Virus record (IMG/VR): IMGVR_UViG_3300027869_000006
Span: 32,001 to 96,000 of that record
Source of the DNA: a virus
Direction: 5' to 3' (one strand)
Length of the DNA stretch: 64,000 bases
The notes below the pieces were generated by a model. It was not told the origin of the DNA and did not search any database. It saw nothing but the letters and a program-made list of their open reading frames with translations. Every line of letters begins with the position of its first letter. Within the stretch, counting starts at the first letter, position 1. Shown piece after piece: positions 59,237 through 64,000 of the stretch. A program made the position numbers and the translations under genes.

Positions 59237-59995
59237 ATGACAAAGAAGCAGTTTATTGCAGAGGTGGCCTCTCTCTCAAAAGAGGTGGAGTATGTCGCAG
59301 CTGGTGGAGGTAGTCTCTTTGACCCTGGGGAGATTGCAGTCCGTGTTCTGCCCAACCTGCGCGGCGGACAACTGGTCGCTTACCTCTTCCGGCGCTTCGG
59401 GTATCCGAGTTGGAGATGGGATGAGTACAAGGAACTTACTCACTATCTCATTACGACGCCTATGAAAGATGTGTTTCTAGAAGTCCGTCCCTACATGGGC
59501 GGTGATTCTCCGCAACCATCTTCCTTTGACCATACCGTCCTTATGTTTGGCTATTGTGTGGATAAGGCTATCGAAGAGGAGAGTTACTACCCGCTTCTGA
59601 TGGAGGGAAAGCGAAATGACTGGTATGAACATCCTCGCTACAAGGAGTGTAACCAGGCATTTGAAGCAGCGATGCGCGATCTCTTGCGCCCGGTCTACGT
59701 GCGTGATGTCCCTATCAATTGCTATGGGTTGGTTCTCGATGACGACTTGGGAACATGCCCATCGCACGTCGAGCCATATCATGCAGCGGGCTACCCTATT
59801 CCGCAAGCCTTTCTCAGGGATACTGATCGGTATGTACAATTCACCGATGCGCTCTCTACCCTAGGTGACGGTTCTATGGACAAGGGCATCGACCGCGTTA
59901 TCAAGAATGCGGCGACGCTCAAACTGTACACGAGTGCGACGAGAGCAGAAATAGAGGCCGCCCTCGAACAGGAAGGAACGGAAGAACATGGATAA
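59237..59995 (+). CDS. Hypothetical protein
   Basis: Start at MTKKQ behind AAGGGAG, ATGA overlap. Confidence 0.55.
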   Translation: MTKKQFIAEVASLSKEVEYVAAGGGSLFDPGEIAVRVLPNLRGGQLVAYLFRRFGYPSWRWDEYKELTHYLITTPMKDVFLEVRPYMGGDSPQPSSFDHTVLMFGYCVDKAIEEESYYPLLMEGKRNDWYEHPRYKECNQAFEAAMRDLLRPVYVRDVPINCYGLVLDDDLGTCPSHVEPYHAAGYPIPQAFLRDTDRYVQFTDALSTLGDGSMDKGIDRVIKNAATLKLYTSATRAEIEAALEQEGTEEHG

Positions 59996-60743
59996 GCCAT
60001 TACACTCCGTCCAAAGTACGCTTACCGACTCTGAGTGGGTGAGCCTGATAAACAAAGAGAGAGGGGGTTTACCTGAGTGCTGCGGGAATATCAGCGAACT
60101 CCGTGATCGCGTGATTGCTCTTGCTCGTGAAGGTGGATTGCTTCCTGCATGGGATAGTATGATGCTTCTACGTGCCTATCGGGTGGCACGTGATGGGCAC
60201 GATTTTACTGAGGAGGAGCATCCTGCCTTGCTCAAGTTGGTACGGGAAGTAGCCGAAGCATCGGGGTACACCTTAGAGCAGATACACGAGTTCCCTCATG
60301 AAGGAAATGGAGAAGTATGAGTAGGGTAGAATTGTTATTGACCCGGCGACTCGCCGCCATGTGGGAACAGATTGAAACACTTGACCTGCTACGGAACCTT
60401 GAACCCACACCGACACAGGAAGCATTTGAGGAGCAACGGAAGCGTTGTCTGAAGGAGATACGTGCTGCCCGCTCTATTTTCAAGGATATTGAAGGGCAGG
60501 TCAAGTTCTTGCAACTTCCTGCAAAGTCGCCTGTCGAGCAGGAATTTACCATCGGTCAACAGGTACGCATTACCCGATCTGAGACCTGGCAGGGAGATAT
60601 CTGTACCATCACCAAAAGGAGCAAGCGCGACCCGCATATGTACTGGCTCAAGGAACATGGGTGGCGAAGGTCAGATGAGATTGAGCCCGTCGAGCCTGTG
60701 TAGTTCTATGCTGATTGAGCAGTAAACTAAGGAAGGAAGCACG

Positions 60744-61325
60744 ATGAAGAAGCTAGCAATAATCGATATGGATGGGATTGTGGCGAACCGTGATGCTCGT
60801 CTGGAAAAGGCACGGCAAGCCTATCTCGAACGCATGGAAGTAGAAGGAAAGACACCGGAACCTCTCTCGTACAGAGGGGGCTTTGAGTATGACGTGCTAT
60901 TTGATCCGGTACTTGTGGAGTTGGATACATTGATTGACGGCGTGAAAGAGGCGCTAGAAACGCTACGCTATCAGTATGATTATGCTCTCCTGTTTTTGAC
61001 GAGTAGGCCAGAACGAATGCGAGAGGCAACGATAGCATGGCTGTTTGCACACAACATTCTGTTTTATCAGTCGAATGGATTGCCCGCATTGGTGACAAAG
61101 CCACCTGCCTTCCAGTACATGAAGACGAGGGTATGGAAAGCTGGTATGGTGCAGACGTTGGCAAACTGGTATGGTGCAAGTATTGTTAAGTTCATTGACG
61201 ACCAGGAAGAGAATTGGCAGGAACTCTTGAAGCACACACCCTATACAGCATACTCACTTGAGTGGTGCAGTTCACTGGCACAGACTGTTGATCGCCTGCG
61301 TGAGGGTGCTCAAGAGAGTCTGTAG
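60744..61325 (+). CDS. HAD-superfamily phosphatase (PNKP phosphatase-like)
   Basis: IIDMDG (motif I), LTSRP (II), K (III), FIDD (IV). Confidence 0.8.
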   Translation: MKKLAIIDMDGIVANRDARLEKARQAYLERMEVEGKTPEPLSYRGGFEYDVLFDPVLVELDTLIDGVKEALETLRYQYDYALLFLTSRPERMREATIAWLFAHNILFYQSNGLPALVTKPPAFQYMKTRVWKAGMVQTLANWYGASIVKFIDDQEENWQELLKHTPYTAYSLEWCSSLAQTVDRLREGAQESL

Positions 61326-61383
61326 AGTCAGTTTACCCATATGCGCGGAAACTAGTAGTTCAGAAAAAAGGGAGAGAGAAAAA

Positions 61384-62724
61384 ATGGAACGTAACGTACT
61401 ACTTCAGGGAGACGCTCTCTCTCTTTTGAAAACCTTGTCAGATGCAAGCATTCAGTGTTGTATTACCTCGCCTCCCTATTACGCGCTTCGTGATTATCAA
61501 ACGGAGCCACTTCTCTGGGATGCCGATCCATCCTGTACTCATGAATGGGAGACCATTCTCCAGAAGGACGATCACGGTGATAACGGGATGAATGGTTCTG
61601 GTCTCAAGGGAGGATTGGAAACACAGGGGCAAACACGCTTTGAGAAGCGATCTGCTTTCTGTCTTCGGTGCGGTGCATGGCATGGTAGCTTAGGATTAGA
61701 ACCTACCCCTGATCTCTATATCTCTCACCTCGTTCAGATTTTCAGGGAGGTCCATCGCGTGTTGCGTAAAGACGGAACGCTCTGGGTAGTCATCGCAGAT
61801 AGTTACGCGGGATCGTGGGGGAACTATGCCCCCGGCGGTATTAAAGGGATACAACGAAAGCGAACAGAAGAGGGAGAGCGGTGGGATCGTCGAGCCTATA
61901 GTGATACGACTTTCTTACCTCCATCGGCAAAGAGCTCGAGTATGGGTCTAAAAGATAAGGATTTAATCGGGATTCCGTGGATGCTTGCTTTCGCTTTACG
62001 GGCTGATGGTTGGTACTTACGTCAAGACTTGATCTGGAATAAGCCCGCGTGTATGCCTGAGAGTGTTCTGGATCGATGTACAAAATCCCATGAATACATT
62101 TTCCTCCTGGCAAAGAGTGAGAGATACTATTATGACACTGAGACAATCAAGGAACCTGCACGCAATTGGGGTACCCGGGACCGCTCTCACTTCCGTAATG
62201 GCACAAACGATCCATTCCTCAAACATCACGGTTTAACCGATTCCAATAGTGAAGCGACAGGGAGAAATAAGCGGTCTGTTTGGACGGTGAATCCGCATCC
62301 ATACAAGGAGGCTCACTTTGCTACATTTCCTCCTAAGCTAGTGGAGCCGATGATACTTGCAGGAAGTTCACCTCGAGCGTGTGAACAGTGTGGTGCTCCG
62401 TGGAAACGGGTGATAGAACCTACTGGACATATGAATCACCGTGAAGCAGCTCACGTCCCGAACAATACGCCAACGAAGGTAGATAGTACAGGATGGGCAC
62501 CAACACGAATAGCCACGGCTAACTTTCAACCGACCTGCTCCTGCAAGATGAATACAGGGACGGGAAAATGTGTGGTTCTTGACCCATTTGCAGGAGCAGG
62601 AACAACCTTACTTGGTGCCTCACAGTTTGAGAGAGATTGGGTAGGGATTGAATTGAACCCGACCTATGTGAAACTGATCCAGAAACGTATTGCTGAGGTG
62701 CAGCCCGTACTCTGGTTAGAATAA
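61384..62724 (+). CDS. Site-specific N4-C/N6-A DNA methyltransferase (beta class)
   Basis: ITSPPYY; GIPW.LAFALRADGWYLRQD.IWNK; HFATFP; VLDPFAGAGTT; GIELNP. Confidence 0.93.
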   Translation: MERNVLLQGDALSLLKTLSDASIQCCITSPPYYALRDYQTEPLLWDADPSCTHEWETILQKDDHGDNGMNGSGLKGGLETQGQTRFEKRSAFCLRCGAWHGSLGLEPTPDLYISHLVQIFREVHRVLRKDGTLWVVIADSYAGSWGNYAPGGIKGIQRKRTEEGERWDRRAYSDTTFLPPSAKSSSMGLKDKDLIGIPWMLAFALRADGWYLRQDLIWNKPACMPESVLDRCTKSHEYIFLLAKSERYYYDTETIKEPARNWGTRDRSHFRNGTNDPFLKHHGLTDSNSEATGRNKRSVWTVNPHPYKEAHFATFPPKLVEPMILAGSSPRACEQCGAPWKRVIEPTGHMNHREAAHVPNNTPTKVDSTGWAPTRIATANFQPTCSCKMNTGTGKCVVLDPFAGAGTTLLGASQFERDWVGIELNPTYVKLIQKRIAEVQPVLWLE

Positions 62725-62887
62725 AGCTCGAGCTGTGAGAGTGAGAGAGATAGGCTTCGCCCCTCTCCCCAGGTGGCTTTATCTATCTTATGATATCGGT
62801 GCTTCTGATTACTTAGAATACCTGAGCTAGAACGTAAATGAGTTTTCATGAGTTGCTGAAAACTGGTGTCAAAATGGCTAAAATCAC

Positions 62888-62916
62888 TTGACATTATTAT
62901 GGATATACATTATAAT
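62888..62916 (+). promoter_or_regulatory. Consensus sigma70 promoter
   Basis: TTGACA-17-TATAAT. Confidence 0.8.
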
Positions 62917-63391
62917 TAAGTATAAGAACAAAACAAATATGAAGGAGATCAAAGAGATGACAAAGCGACAGATGGAAGCACTTGATAGGCGTGAAGAGCA
63001 GATCGCAGCAAAGAGCAATCGCACAAACTATAGTCAGGGTATTATCGGCGGACACTATGCAGGGTGCAAGGCTGCTGCCTACATCAAAACGCATACCCGT
63101 TGCACAAAGGGGCATGGCTGGACCGTTCGTAGTGAGTTTGGCGGCTGCGCAATCTGCGAACAGGAGGAGGAATAAATGCAGCAAACGACTTCTCTCATTA
63201 TCCGCAATATCCCGTCCATTGATGAACTCAGAACGGACATCAATGGACTCATCGGGCGGGGTATCGCCCATTGGACTGAGCCAAATATGGTTATTTATGA
63301 CGTGCGCTCGGTCGCAGTAGTTCCGCATAAGTCTGATGATGCATTTGATGTCCTGGTTCTCGTTTCTTTGGAGCCAGAAAGCGAGGAATAA

Positions 63392-63613
63392 ATGCCAGAA
63401 CAGCAAGCAAAGCGATCTGTAGGACGCCCTCCAATTGAGGGCAAGGAACCGATGCAGGATATACACTTGCGTATTCCAGTCAAACTTGTAGAGGCTATTG
63501 ATGGGTCGAGAGGGAAGAAAAGCCGCACAGAACTGATTAGGGAGGCAATTGAGTTACACGGTGATATCTCTCTCTGGATACGCTATTATGGAAAGAAGCA
63601 GGCGAATGGTTAG
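63392..63613 (+). CDS. RHH/CopG-like DNA-binding protein
   Basis: GRPP...IHLRIPVKLVEAID....SRTELIREAIE. Confidence 0.75.
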   Translation: MPEQQAKRSVGRPPIEGKEPMQDIHLRIPVKLVEAIDGSRGKKSRTELIREAIELHGDISLWIRYYGKKQANG

Positions 63614-64000
63614 GTACGTCTAACCGCTCTACAGGCTTGAGTAGACATATTCGACGTTATCATGAGTAACACAGCCTGGGGAGCAGAGCGAGGACAGTCT
63701 CTTTCACTCTCCAAAGAAGGAAGGAACACGACAATGACACAGGGAACAATGAAAGCCGTTGTTGATTTTGGCTATGGAACCGGAGCACCGAAAGAGGTCG
63801 AACTCTACAATTTGCAACCCACCGGCATCCCAGGGACACAGTTTGCCCAGATTGTAGGGATGCCCTCCTTACGAGCAGTGCAGCAGGAAAGTGGAAAGTG
63901 GGTAGCACAAAGAATCCCAGATCACAGACCACATACGAAGTGGTCCCATCGTGATATCGACTATTAGTAGCGAGAATGACCAGGCCCTTTACCTGGTCAT

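Noticed and set aside
63976-64000. Inverted repeat ATGACCAGG/CCTGGTCAT
   Set aside because: At the window edge; probably an ordinary terminator but the downstream context is missing.

Overview
The window is a 64-kb slice of a tailed-phage (or prophage) genome; no capsid, terminase or integrase lies inside it. The host is possibly a soil Chloroflexota/Ktedonobacteria-like bacterium (weak inference from gene content). Left (1-27.9 kb, + strand): end of the tape measure gene, very large modular tail/adsorption genes carrying glycoside hydrolase, beta-helix, phosphoesterase, LamG-like and BACON domains, a C1A cysteine peptidase, a nonsense-inactivated IS605-family tnpB element and a lysis region. 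Right (31-64 kb): early and replication genes (DnaB, an initiator with internal iterons, ECF sigma factor, RusA, DUF932, Rad52-like annealase, HAD phosphatase, DNA methyltransferase, several HTH regulators) and an intact tnpB flanked by two diverged copies of one gene's N-terminus. The main result is a minus-strand cassette at 27.9-30.2 kb: sigma70 promoter > RHH regulator > DUF559-type nuclease > 79-unit (GGY-NN) pentamer array > solo Cas7/RAMP-like gene > small coupled ORF > 39-unit (GGY-NN) array > terminator. Read as codon positions 1-2 with the wobble base skipped, the variable NN dinucleotides of the 39-unit array spell homologues of the two genes flanking the cassette. The resident copies differ partly through Ser/Leu codon-family switches. 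This suggests an RNA-guided system with a gapped code aimed at cassette-free relatives (VIPR-like, possibly homing). All analysis was done by hand, without database searches.
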